Notes: generated by a model not told the origin, from the letters alone. 32,000 nt of DNA from Vibrio vulnificus CMCP6 (GCF_000039765.1 NC_004460.2:1530001-1562000), one strand, 5' to 3'; numbered from the stretch's first letter, positions 24,146 to 32,000 are shown. Numbers and translations: made by a program.

Positions 24146-26167
24146 TTACTCAGCACATTTTGACGCCATCACGTTGAGTGGTGTGCCTTGTTCGTCGAAC
24201 TGTAAGCTCCAAACGTAGCGACCCTCGTCCATGATGGTAACGGCAGTGTCTTTCCCATAACCCCCTTTGATGAGTGGGTTTTCTTGCCCTAGCTTCAAAC
24301 TGAGACCTTTCGCGGTGAACTGAGGTGTCCAGGTCTTCGCTGCGTACTGCATGCGATAGCTGCCCGGTTTTTCGTTGGTGACCACTTGGTAAATGCCGTC
24401 GCCTTTGTATTCAAATTGGCGATGATCTTTATGCTGCCAACTGGAGTCACTGAAATCGCCGACCACGTAAAGCTTCTTGCGCATCGGGCCTTTTTCATCG
24501 ACGGTCGGGTTATCACATTGCGCCATAAAGCCTTCGCCAATACCGCTGGCGAGCGCCATTTTGGCGATTTGTGGCCCTGCTTTAGCGGGTTGCTCAATGC
24601 TGAGGAAGCGTGCTTCTAATGGCGCTAAAGGAATCAAATATTGCCCGTCGATCAGTTTGATCTCTTCGCCATTAATGAGGTCGGTCAAGTGCCCTTCAGA
24701 GCCCGCTTTAACCGCATCAAGCTGTAGATATTGCAGGTGCTTGCTGATGTTGGCCACATATAGGATCGCTTCGCTATCGGTGCTCTTATGGTCGATGTAG
24801 GTTTTGTTGTCGGCCAGTACATTGACGCGCTTACCCTGTGATAACGCAGGGTGCTGATTTCTCAAATTCATCAACTGCTGAATATAGTGTTTGAGATCTT
24901 GCTCATTGGCATTCAATGTAGCAGTCACGCCTTCTACTTTGCCACTTGAGCGCGCCACGTGATCGTCACATAACCCTTTCACAGCGCAATCTTGCTCTAC
25001 TTTGGCAGCAAAGTTTTCAACTTGATCGCCAATTTCGTCGCCATAGTAAAGTGTAATGGGGCCAGTATAGGCAGCTTGGAAGGCAAACACCGCTTTGTGG
25101 CGTAGCCAATATTCTTCGTCTTGTGGCTGTGCGATGTTGCCACGTTGTAGGAGATCACCAAAGCGCACCAAATCATGGTTGCCAATCATCAAATTAGGTT
25201 TGGCGTGTTCAGGGTAGAGTGCATGCAAGTTCATGCCTTCTGCTAGCCATTCCCCTGATTTTCCGCCAACACCCGCTTCATTCACACCAAAAGTCTCTAC
25301 CAAACGGTAGCGGACGGGAAAATCAAACGCGGAGCAAAGGGCCGGATTTTCATTGCTGCCATAGCCTGTTTCAATGATGCGGTTTTCTCCAGCCCAGATT
25401 TCCGCCACCATGTATCCAAGCGGATTGACGGTTTCCCCTTTGCTGTTGGTGTACGTCACGGCTTTAGATGCGTTATCTACCGTCTTGCGAATCTCCACCC
25501 AAGCCTCTTTTGGTACTTGATAGGCTTGGTCTAAACGCCAACCATCAATCTTCAACTCTTTGATCCAAAATTCGGCCACTTCTTGATAGAAGGCGAGGCT
25601 CTCTGGATAGTCGACTGGGTTATTGCTTCCTGCAGGCAGCTTGCCTGTGGGGGAAGCCGCCACATTGCCTTTGTGATGACCAAATACGCCATCAAAGAAC
25701 ACGTACAAGCCACGGGCATGTGCTTCTTCGACTAAACGTTTGGCGTCGTCCATTGTGCCAAAACGCGGATCGACCTCGAAGTAATTGGTGGCAAAGTAGC
25801 CAGTGGCATCAAGGCGATCAGCCCAATGGTCTTGCCCTGCTTTAGGTTCGGAATTGAAAATCGGCGTCAGCCAAATGCCGTTCATACCTAAAGACTGAAT
25901 GTAATCGAGTGAATCAATAATCCCTTGGATATCGCCTTTATGATGGCTGGTGCCATAGCCAGTGCCGTGACCAATTTGATCGTTGCCATTGACGAAACTT
26001 TCCACCATGACTTGATAAATGCGTAAATCGTCGGCTTTGTTCATGGAAACGGCATCGCAGCGATAGGCATTGGCGGTAGGAGGTGTATCGACTTTAGAAG
26101 AAGCATTACAACCGGCAAGCAAAGCGGCAGTAACGGCCAGTGAGAGTGTAGTCAGTACCTGTTTCAC
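24146..26167 (-). CDS. GH13 alpha-amylase family glycoside hydrolase, lipoprotein, with a C-terminal putative carbohydrate-binding extension
   Basis: The GTG at 26167 follows an AAGGAAA Shine-Dalgarno sequence and yields (M)KQVLTTLSLAVTAALLAG-C lipobox. The GH13 conserved regions are FDGVFGHH, DGWRLDQAY, AEIWAG and IGNHDLVRF. The track start TTG at 26197 is less likely. Confidence 0.9.
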   Translation of the reverse strand: MKQVLTTLSLAVTAALLAGCNASSKVDTPPTANAYRCDAVSMNKADDLRIYQVMVESFVNGNDQIGHGTGYGTSHHKGDIQGIIDSLDYIQSLGMNGIWLTPIFNSEPKAGQDHWADRLDATGYFATNYFEVDPRFGTMDDAKRLVEEAHARGLYVFFDGVFGHHKGNVAASPTGKLPAGSNNPVDYPESLAFYQEVAEFWIKELKIDGWRLDQAYQVPKEAWVEIRKTVDNASKAVTYTNSKGETVNPLGYMVAEIWAGENRIIETGYGSNENPALCSAFDFPVRYRLVETFGVNEAGVGGKSGEWLAEGMNLHALYPEHAKPNLMIGNHDLVRFGDLLQRGNIAQPQDEEYWLRHKAVFAFQAAYTGPITLYYGDEIGDQVENFAAKVEQDCAVKGLCDDHVARSSGKVEGVTATLNANEQDLKHYIQQLMNLRNQHPALSQGKRVNVLADNKTYIDHKSTDSEAILYVANISKHLQYLQLDAVKAGSEGHLTDLINGEEIKLIDGQYLIPLAPLEARFLSIEQPAKAGPQIAKMALASGIGEGFMAQCDNPTVDEKGPMRKKLYVVGDFSDSSWQHKDHRQFEYKGDGIYQVVTNEKPGSYRMQYAAKTWTPQFTAKGLSLKLGQENPLIKGGYGKDTAVTIMDEGRYVWSLQFDEQGTPLNVMASKCAE

Positions 26168-26246
26168 GTTGATTTCCTTATTAGACTTTTCGCTCAATTA
26201 TTGATGAACAATTCACCAACTGAATCAGCCTTGTAAGACGTGTTAG

Positions 26247-26269
26247 AGGGAGGAGGAGGGAGGATGAGA
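26247..26269 (+). promoter_or_regulatory. Candidate MalT boxes in a polypurine tract upstream of the amylase gene
   Basis: AGGGAGGAGG (26247-26256) matches the E. coli MalT box GGGGA(T/G)GAGG at 9 of 10 positions. AGGGAGGATG (26257-26266) and GAGGATGAGA (26260-26269) each match at 8 of 10. The boxes lie 80-100 nt upstream of the start codon. The consensus is recalled from E. coli work, and transfer to this organism is an inference. Confidence 0.35.
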
Positions 26270-26342
26270 GATCGCTATCACGGACAAATGGAGCTTTTGT
26301 CCTACAGAGCAGGGTGAGGATCACGAATTGTGCCGTTGGACG

Positions 26343-26375
26343 AAAAAACGCCACCTTGAGCAAGTGGCGTTTTTG
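26343..26375 (-). terminator. Rho-independent terminator of yccF
   Basis: The stem AAAAACGCCAC / GTGGCGTTTTT has a 9-nt loop. On the minus strand it is followed by TTTTTTCG. Confidence 0.8.
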
Positions 26376-26411
26376 TAATCATTGTCACACTAACGGTGGT
26401 GCTGAGATCCG

Positions 26412-26846
26412 TTAACGAGAGCGGTTGTGGTATCGGGCAGCTTCTGCAACTTCGACCGGCACGATGGTTTGGCCAATAGGCGCCAGTGAGATCACCGCCA
26501 GTTTGAGATGTTGCAGCGCGAATGGAATACCAATGATGGTGATAAAACACGCCACAGCAGAGAGAATATGACCAATTGCCAGCCACACGCCTGCGACCAA
26601 GAACCAAATCACGTTGCCAATGAGCCCTAGTGGTCCTGTACCAATATCGCGTTTGTTGGTCAGTTCGTCGCGATAGACTGCCTCTGAACCAAAAGGAAAG
26701 AAGGAGAAATTACCGATGACGAAACACGCTCTTCCCCACGGGATCCCGATGATACTGATAAAGGCCAAAATGCCAAAAAACCACCAAGCAAGCCCCATAA
26801 AAACGCCGCCAAACAAAAACCAAATAATATTTCCGAGAGTTCGCAT
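26412..26846 (-). CDS. yccF: Inner membrane protein YccF (DUF307 family)
   Basis: From the ATG at 26846, preceded by an AGGAA Shine-Dalgarno sequence, the product is MRTLGNIIWFLFGG...IIGIPWG...GNVIWFLVAGVWLAIGH...IIGIPFA. This is the duplicated YccF motif and is colinear with E. coli YccF as I recall it. Confidence 0.88.
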   Translation of the reverse strand: MRTLGNIIWFLFGGVFMGLAWWFFGILAFISIIGIPWGRACFVIGNFSFFPFGSEAVYRDELTNKRDIGTGPLGLIGNVIWFLVAGVWLAIGHILSAVACFITIIGIPFALQHLKLAVISLAPIGQTIVPVEVAEAARYHNRSR

Positions 26847-26950
26847 ATGTGTTCCTAAACCCAGTGAAATGAAGCGTTGAGTATCCATAGACTAGATTAA
26901 TCTGAGATGAACGAGAAGCGGGTAAGCCAAATAAAAACGTGATAAAACAA

Positions 26951-26970
26951 AGGGGCCAATTCAGGCCCCT
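26951..26970 (-). terminator. Terminator closing the dgkA-eptA-sulfatase operon
   Basis: The stem AGGGGCC / GGCCCCT is followed on the minus strand by TTGTTTTATCACGTTTTT. Confidence 0.6.
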
Positions 26971-26983
26971 AGTATGATCTCGG

Positions 26984-28915
26984 TTAATAATCCGATTTGT
27001 ACCAATTGTATTTGTACGCCATCGAACCAAATAGCGCATTGGCTTTGGCTTTATCGAGCGCCTCTTGGCTAACTTCTTTTGGTGTTAAGCTCTTGTCTTC
27101 AAAGTTGTAGTGATAAGACGACACTTTTTCACCCGGAGAGAACACCACCAAGCTGTCACGCGTTAAATAACCGTAGTTTTTGTCAAACTGCATCATTGCA
27201 CGTTCATCTTCGCGAGCCAAAGGCTTGGTCAAGTCACGGCCGATCATTGGCGATGTTGCATCAATGCCGATCAGCGACAGCAGCGTCGGAGGCATATCGA
27301 TGTTGTTCGCTAGGCGATCATCTTTTCGTGGTTCAATGCCTTTGCCCAAAATCACCGCCGGTATATGGAAGCGATCGACAGGCACCAATTGCGAACCAAA
27401 TACTCGGGCATCATGGTCTGCAATGACGATGAAAATGGTATTTTCCCAGTAATCGGACTGCTTGGCTTTGTCGAAGAAGGTTCCTAGCGCGTAATCAGAG
27501 TATTTAACGGTATTGTTGCGCGTGTTGAACTCACTCTCATACGGCTCAATTTTACCCGCTGGATACTCAAATGGGCTGTGATTGCTGGAGGTAAAGACGA
27601 GGCTGAAAAACGGTTTTCCCTCTTTGTTAAGACGGGTAAATTCTTCATCTGCTTTGTTGTACAAGTCTTCGTCACTCACACCCCAAGAACCGGTGAACTC
27701 CGGATTTTGGTATTGCGGCTCATCGACAATTTGCTCGAAGCCATTGCCAAGGAAAAAGCTCTTCATGTTGTCAAAGTGTGCTTCACCACCGTAAATAAAC
27801 TGCGTGTGGTAGCCCTGTTTCTTCAGCAAGTCCGCGATGGTAAAGAAACCCGTTTGGCTCTTACTGAGTTTAACGACGGCACGTGATGGCGATGGCGGGA
27901 AACCCGTGGTTATCGCTTCAATACCCCGTACGGAACGAGTACCGGTGGCGTACATTTGAGTGAAGTTCCAGCCTTCTTCCAGCAGTTTGTCTAGATTGGG
28001 TGTTAGCGGTAAACCGCCTAAGCCACCGACAAAACGAGCGCCTAAACTTTCTTGCAGCAAAATCACCAAGTTTTTTGGTTTGCCTTGATAAGTGGCGTTA
28101 TTCATGTTGAGGGTTGGCAGCGATCCTTGGACAAAATCGTGCTTGGCCGATGAGGCTTTCACCAGTTCGATGATCTTGTCTTGGCTCATTTGGCCGTAAA
28201 ACTTGTCTGCGCTGCGCTCTGATTTCATGTTGTTGATGGCAAAGAAGACCGAGTACGAGGAGTTGAGTACCAGATCGTTAACCAGCGGATCACTGGAAAA
28301 TGCCACCATCGCTGGGTTCAGCGGGCGGTGTCCCAAAGACGAACGCGCACCCAATACGCCCAATAGCACGACCGCAATGGCTAATACAGGGCGCCATTGC
28401 CATTTGATTTGACGAACGTTTTCAGTGACTTTGCCACTGAAAATCCAACCTAACCAAAGCGTGGCGATGGACCCGACAAGCCCGATAAAGAGCTCAATCT
28501 TATAGCCTTGCCAAAGCATGCTGAACACTTCTTTCGGGTAAATCAGATACTCCACAAAGAGGCGATTTGGGCGAAGATCGTATTCCATGATAAATGGCGG
28601 CGTAGCCAGTTCCATATAAACCATGATCCAAAGACCAGCCACAAGCCATACGCGTAACACGGCGCGCCAAATTTTGCCTACCATACCCTCGACAGGCAGG
28701 ATGGCCGCTAAGAGGCAAGGGAGGATAAATAGCCAACACAAGGTGGCGATGTCCACGCGCAAACCTTGGAACAGCAAATTGCTCCATCCATCAGCGGCGG
28801 TAATGCGATCAAATTGCCACAAAGCGAGTAGGAATCGCGAGAGTGTCACAAGACCAAGGGCAATGGCTGCAAAGGCAGCAATCGGCTGTAAGGGACCTAA
28901 ATTAATCTTACGCAT
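26984..28915 (-). CDS. LTA-synthase-family / sulfatase-like membrane phosphotransferase (LtaS/OpgB-like, alkaline-phosphatase superfamily)
   Basis: The ATG at 28915 follows an AAGGAAA Shine-Dalgarno sequence, 10 nt after the eptA stop. An N-terminal block of about 5 TM segments precedes an extracytoplasmic sulfatase domain (LLQESLGARF, YATGTRSVRGIEA, FTSSNHSPF, VIADHDAR). Confidence 0.85.
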   Translation of the reverse strand: MRKINLGPLQPIAAFAAIALGLVTLSRFLLALWQFDRITAADGWSNLLFQGLRVDIATLCWLFILPCLLAAILPVEGMVGKIWRAVLRVWLVAGLWIMVYMELATPPFIMEYDLRPNRLFVEYLIYPKEVFSMLWQGYKIELFIGLVGSIATLWLGWIFSGKVTENVRQIKWQWRPVLAIAVVLLGVLGARSSLGHRPLNPAMVAFSSDPLVNDLVLNSSYSVFFAINNMKSERSADKFYGQMSQDKIIELVKASSAKHDFVQGSLPTLNMNNATYQGKPKNLVILLQESLGARFVGGLGGLPLTPNLDKLLEEGWNFTQMYATGTRSVRGIEAITTGFPPSPSRAVVKLSKSQTGFFTIADLLKKQGYHTQFIYGGEAHFDNMKSFFLGNGFEQIVDEPQYQNPEFTGSWGVSDEDLYNKADEEFTRLNKEGKPFFSLVFTSSNHSPFEYPAGKIEPYESEFNTRNNTVKYSDYALGTFFDKAKQSDYWENTIFIVIADHDARVFGSQLVPVDRFHIPAVILGKGIEPRKDDRLANNIDMPPTLLSLIGIDATSPMIGRDLTKPLAREDERAMMQFDKNYGYLTRDSLVVFSPGEKVSSYHYNFEDKSLTPKEVSQEALDKAKANALFGSMAYKYNWYKSDY

Positions 28916-28925
28916 TGATGTTTCC

Positions 28926-30578
28926 TTATTGCGCGCGGCATTGCTTAAAGAGATCAAGGGTCGCATCGTACTCACTGGTACTCACATCCATCACGCCGAG
29001 CAGTGAATGGAAAATGTAATCATGCGAGTAGGTATCGGTTTGCTTGGCTTGCTGCTTAAGGCAGTCAGCATTGATCTGTTTTGCCTGGGCAAAACCCGGT
29101 GACATCCAAAGCATCAGCGGTACTTTTGTTTGGTATTCCGGGGCTAAACTGTAAGGCATGCCATGTAGGAACAAACCATTCTCGCCAAGAGATTCCCCGT
29201 GGTCAGAAACGTAAATCAGCGCCGTGTTGTAATGCTCCTCAAGTGCCTTGAGCTTATTGATAGTTTGGCTCAATACATAATCGGTATAGAGGATGGTGTT
29301 GTCGTAAGTGTTGACGATCTGTTCTACCGAACAGTTTTCGATGTCGGCACGCGGACAATCGGGCATAAAGGCCGCTTTGTCTTTCGGATAACGTTGGAAA
29401 TACGTTGGACCGTGGCTGCCAATCAAATGTAGAGCCAACACACGGTTCCCCTTTAGATTCTCGACATCCTGTTCGAAGTTTTCCAGTAACGCCATGTCAT
29501 AGCAGGTGCTGCCATTACAAAGCGCATCCTTACGAGAGCGATCGACGGTAAACAGAGGAATGTTTTTCGCCACATCTTTGTCGCCACCGTCATTTTCTTT
29601 CCACAGAAGTGACACACCTGCACGGTTTAAGATGTCCAGTGCATTGTCTTGATTGTCTGCCGTTGGGCGGTCAAAGTTTGAGCGTGTCATGTTAGAGAAC
29701 ATGCATGGTACGGAGACTGCGGTTGCGGTGCCACATGAGCTGACATCTTGAAACGAGATCATGCCTAATTCGTTGGTGTATTGGTTCGTAGGACGGGCAT
29801 AACCGTTCGCTTGGTAGTTTTGCGAACGTGCCGTTTCACCGACGACAAAGACCAACAAGGTCGGCTTTTGCTCCGCTTGTTGTAGAGCCAGTTCTGACTG
29901 TTTGGCATCAAGGCCCAATTGGCGGTAGGGCTGCGGTGTGGAAAAGTAGGTATCGCGAACATACTTTGTGGCACTGTACACATACTGAGTCGGGATGATC
30001 ATCTTTTTCAGATGGGTATTGTTTCGCCCAATAGATGCGTAATCTTGGTAATAAAGGCCTGCAATCACCGCGATCACGGCCAAAGAAGCGAGCATACTCG
30101 CTGCTTTCTTCGCCACCATGTGCAGCGTAGAGCCTGATAGGCTCAAATTCAGTTTGCACACCAACAGCGCAGGTACTACGCCCATCAACAAGGTCCAGAT
30201 GACAGAATATGCGCTGAGGTATGATCCTGCTTCGCTGCTGTCTGTTTCCATGATGTTGGCAATCATGCCGTAATCAAACAAAGTGCCATAGTTGTAGCCG
30301 GCATAGCTTACCATCGCAGAAAGCAGAAGCAGCACTGCAAAGAAAGGCTTACTTAGCCAAGGCCAACTGAATAAGTTGAACAAGAAGTTCAATGCCGCAA
30401 GGAAGAAGATAGGGACTGAAATTACAAAACCCACCTTGACAGAGTCAAGGTGGCTAATGATGCTGAACAGTTCTTTGTAAATCGGCAAATTAACGATGGT
30501 GGCGAAATAGATCGCCAGCACCAAAGTGAATGTGGTGTATGAGCATTCACGATTAATCAGGGATTTGATTCGATTCAT
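28926..30578 (-). CDS. eptA: Lipid A phosphoethanolamine transferase (EptA/PmrC/MCR family)
   Basis: The product is colinear with E. coli EptA as I recall it. Shared motifs are YKDYAS-like YYQDYAS, VVGETARS (nucleophile Thr), SCGTATAVSVPCMFS, IGSHGPTYFQRYP, VNTYDNTILYTDYV and YVSDHGESLGENGLFLHG. The ATG at 30578 lies 5 nt after the dgkA stop. Confidence 0.93.
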   Translation of the reverse strand: MNRIKSLINRECSYTTFTLVLAIYFATIVNLPIYKELFSIISHLDSVKVGFVISVPIFFLAALNFLFNLFSWPWLSKPFFAVLLLLSAMVSYAGYNYGTLFDYGMIANIMETDSSEAGSYLSAYSVIWTLLMGVVPALLVCKLNLSLSGSTLHMVAKKAASMLASLAVIAVIAGLYYQDYASIGRNNTHLKKMIIPTQYVYSATKYVRDTYFSTPQPYRQLGLDAKQSELALQQAEQKPTLLVFVVGETARSQNYQANGYARPTNQYTNELGMISFQDVSSCGTATAVSVPCMFSNMTRSNFDRPTADNQDNALDILNRAGVSLLWKENDGGDKDVAKNIPLFTVDRSRKDALCNGSTCYDMALLENFEQDVENLKGNRVLALHLIGSHGPTYFQRYPKDKAAFMPDCPRADIENCSVEQIVNTYDNTILYTDYVLSQTINKLKALEEHYNTALIYVSDHGESLGENGLFLHGMPYSLAPEYQTKVPLMLWMSPGFAQAKQINADCLKQQAKQTDTYSHDYIFHSLLGVMDVSTSEYDATLDLFKQCRAQ

Positions 30579-30583
30579 TGTGG

Positions 30584-30940
30584 TCACAGCAATACACTCG
30601 CCCAAACAAACAGCGCCAGTGCTAAGGCGACGAAGACGGCAGCAGAGCCGATGTCTTTCGCTCGGCCGCTGAGTTCATGCCAATCGTCACTAATGCGGTC
30701 TACGACGGCTTCTACCGCAGAGTTGATCAGCTCAACAATAACCACCAACAATAAGCTAGAAACCATGAGAATTCGTTCAATGGTCGTCACTGGGAGGAAG
30801 AACGCGGTGATGGTTAGCGCGGCGGTCAGAAGAATTTCCTGACGAAAAGCAGCCTCGTTAATCCATGCGGCTTTCAAGCCTTTCATTGAATAGCCCGTTG
30901 CGTCGACAATACGACGAATACCTGTTTTTCCTGGTTTCAA
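30584..30940 (-). CDS. dgkA: Diacylglycerol kinase DgkA
   Basis: The 118-aa product matches E. coli DgkA over its full length (GYS.KGL.AAWINEAAFRQE, ELINSA.EAVVDRI, HELSGRAKD.GSAAV). The start codon is TTG at 30940, which matches the homolog N-terminus. Confidence 0.92.
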   Translation of the reverse strand: MKPGKTGIRRIVDATGYSMKGLKAAWINEAAFRQEILLTAALTITAFFLPVTTIERILMVSSLLLVVIVELINSAVEAVVDRISDDWHELSGRAKDIGSAAVFVALALALFVWASVLL

Positions 30941-31041
30941 AATATAACCCTACTACTTGTTATTAATGGGAAGCTCAAAGCTGGTTGTGGCAAATGAGTA
31001 GTTAGCGGTCGCTAAGCTACTTCAACGCTCGTCAAGCAAAT

Positions 31042-31058
31042 GTGAAAAGAAGTGAAAA
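31042..31058. promoter_or_regulatory. Tandem direct repeat GTGAAAA-N3-GTGAAAA (10-bp period) in the dgkA-eptA promoter region; candidate OmpR/PhoB-type response-regulator site
   Basis: The repeat was read directly and lies 100-118 nt upstream of the dgkA start. Other repeats nearby are AACGTAA at 31110 and 31124 (14-bp period) and GCTCGTCAA at 31027 and 31081. The binding function is an inference. Confidence 0.3.
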
Positions 31059-31244
31059 TAGAGGCGTTGGGAAAGATTAAGCTCGTCAACTGCGTGTTTC
31101 GGCACCAGTAACGTAAGAATCACAACGTAAAGTTGCCCTTGTTATCACTTCTATCAATGACTGGGTTGAAATGTACAGCGTTTTATTATGGAAATCAGTC
31201 ACGCACGTGTAATGAATTGTCGCGCTTTGTAAGATTGGTAAGGT

Positions 31245-31267
31245 GAATGATGCCGAGGGCATCATTC
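31245..31267 (-). terminator. Perfect 10-bp hairpin (GAATGATGCC-GAG-GGCATCATTC) 5 nt after the kinase stop, without a U-tract
   Basis: The hairpin was read directly. The trailing sequence on the minus strand is ACCTTACCAATC. It may be a weak or partial terminator, or an RNA-stability element. Confidence 0.4.
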
Positions 31268-31271
31268 TGTG

Positions 31272-32000
31272 TTAGAGGGAAAAACGAATGATGAAGCAGG
31301 CACCGCCCAGCGGGCTATGGGCAACGTGTGCACTGCCGTTGTGAATCTGGCAAATCTGTTTGACGATCGCCAATCCCAAGCCATAACCGCTGGTGGATTT
31401 GTTACGCGATTTGTCGGCGCTGTAAAAGGCATCGAACAGGTAAGGCCAATCTTGTTCGGCGACGCCTTTGCCATCATCGTGTACTTGAAATTCCAACTGC
31501 TCGGCAGTGTGTGTCACTTGAATGCGAACTTGTGTTTGGGTGTAGCGCATCGCATTACGCACCAAATTGTCGAGCGCTCTTTTCACAAGGTGAGGATCAA
31601 CATTGACTTGATCACAACAGCTGTCGATCTGTAAATGGATGGGATGATAGGTTTCGCTCTGCCATTTTCTCACGAGGGTTTCACACCAAGGCTGGAGAGA
31701 AATCGCCTGTGTGTGCAACTGAGCTTCGGGCCTTTCCATTTTTGCGTAGTAGAGCATCTCTTCTACCATGGCTTCCATTTCATCAATGTCTTCCACCATG
31801 CTGGAAACCGATTTTTGTTGCTTCTCGTTGAGTGGCGAGTCGGCAAGTAAATCGGCTTGCCATTGCAGACGAAAAATGGGTGTGCGTAGCTCATGAGCCA
31901 CAGCGTTAGTCAAAACCTTGTTGCTGGTGATCAGATTGGCGATCTTATCCGCCATGACGTTGAAGCTTTTGTTCAAGGAGCCGACGGAATACCGGGCGGT
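31272..32000 (-). CDS. Partial sensor histidine kinase (PmrB/BasS/QseC-like); the N-terminus lies beyond the window end
   Basis: The frame stays open to base 32000, and the track M at 31976 is a TTG Leu codon. The HAMP end is SLNKSFNVMADKIANL. The H-box is AVAHELRTPIFRL. The N and G boxes are LVRNAMRY, DDGKGV and GYGLGLAIVKQI. Confidence 0.9.
   Translation of the reverse strand, partial: TARYSVGSLNKSFNVMADKIANLITSNKVLTNAVAHELRTPIFRLQWQADLLADSPLNEKQQKSVSSMVEDIDEMEAMVEEMLYYAKMERPEAQLHTQAISLQPWCETLVRKWQSETYHPIHLQIDSCCDQVNVDPHLVKRALDNLVRNAMRYTQTQVRIQVTHTAEQLEFQVHDDGKGVAEQDWPYLFDAFYSADKSRNKSTSGYGLGLAIVKQICQIHNGSAHVAHSPLGGACFIIRFSL

Noticed and set aside
1-32000. Whole-window search by eye for CRISPR arrays, tRNA or rRNA genes, IS elements or transposases, integrases, attachment-site repeats, toxin-antitoxin pairs and known riboswitch cores (for example GEMM upstream of the large lipoprotein)
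   Set aside because: I found no regularly spaced repeats, no cloverleaf-like or rRNA-like sequence, no DDE or tyrosine-recombinase-like ORF, and no matching riboswitch sequence. This inspection by eye cannot exclude small non-coding RNAs.

Overview
The window looks like a Vibrionaceae chromosomal backbone. The NfsA protein is very close to what I recall of Vibrio harveyi Frp, and RlmC, DgkA, EptA, YccF and TauD align well with the E. coli proteins as I recall them. I support 26 protein-coding genes. Two of them are partial at the window edges, and one of those (1..432, minus strand) is missing from the ORF track because it has no stop codon in the window. I saw no rRNA, tRNA, CRISPR array, transposase, integrase or phage gene. 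Gene content is a mix of housekeeping and accessory envelope or regulatory functions. It includes TetR, LysR, LuxR-type and MocR/GntR regulators, a GAF-GGDEF cyclase, NfsA, RlmC, a TauD-like dioxygenase, an M3 oligoendopeptidase and an EamA transporter. It also includes an orphan family-3 solute-binding protein, a three-domain secreted endonuclease I, a GH13 amylase lipoprotein and YccF. Many track ORFs start at TTG or GTG upstream extensions, and I re-called starts where an ATG with a Shine-Dalgarno sequence or a homolog alignment supports a shorter gene. Two regions deserve the most attention. (1) 8014..15031 holds a LuxR-type solo regulator, a 1222-aa lipoprotein, a 69-aa protein and a 580-aa membrane-anchored protein. 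The lipoprotein has thrombospondin-type-3-like Ca-binding repeats, about 530 aa with no motif I recognise, and a duplicated Cys-bracketed C-terminal module. I cannot assign a function to any of these products. (2) 26984..32000 holds a tightly coupled dgkA-eptA-LtaS-like sulfatase operon directly downstream of a PmrB-like histidine kinase. It combines two head-group transferases predicted to generate diacylglycerol with the diacylglycerol kinase, and the promoter carries tandem direct repeats. All functional calls rest on reading motifs by eye and on remembered homologs. No database search was run.
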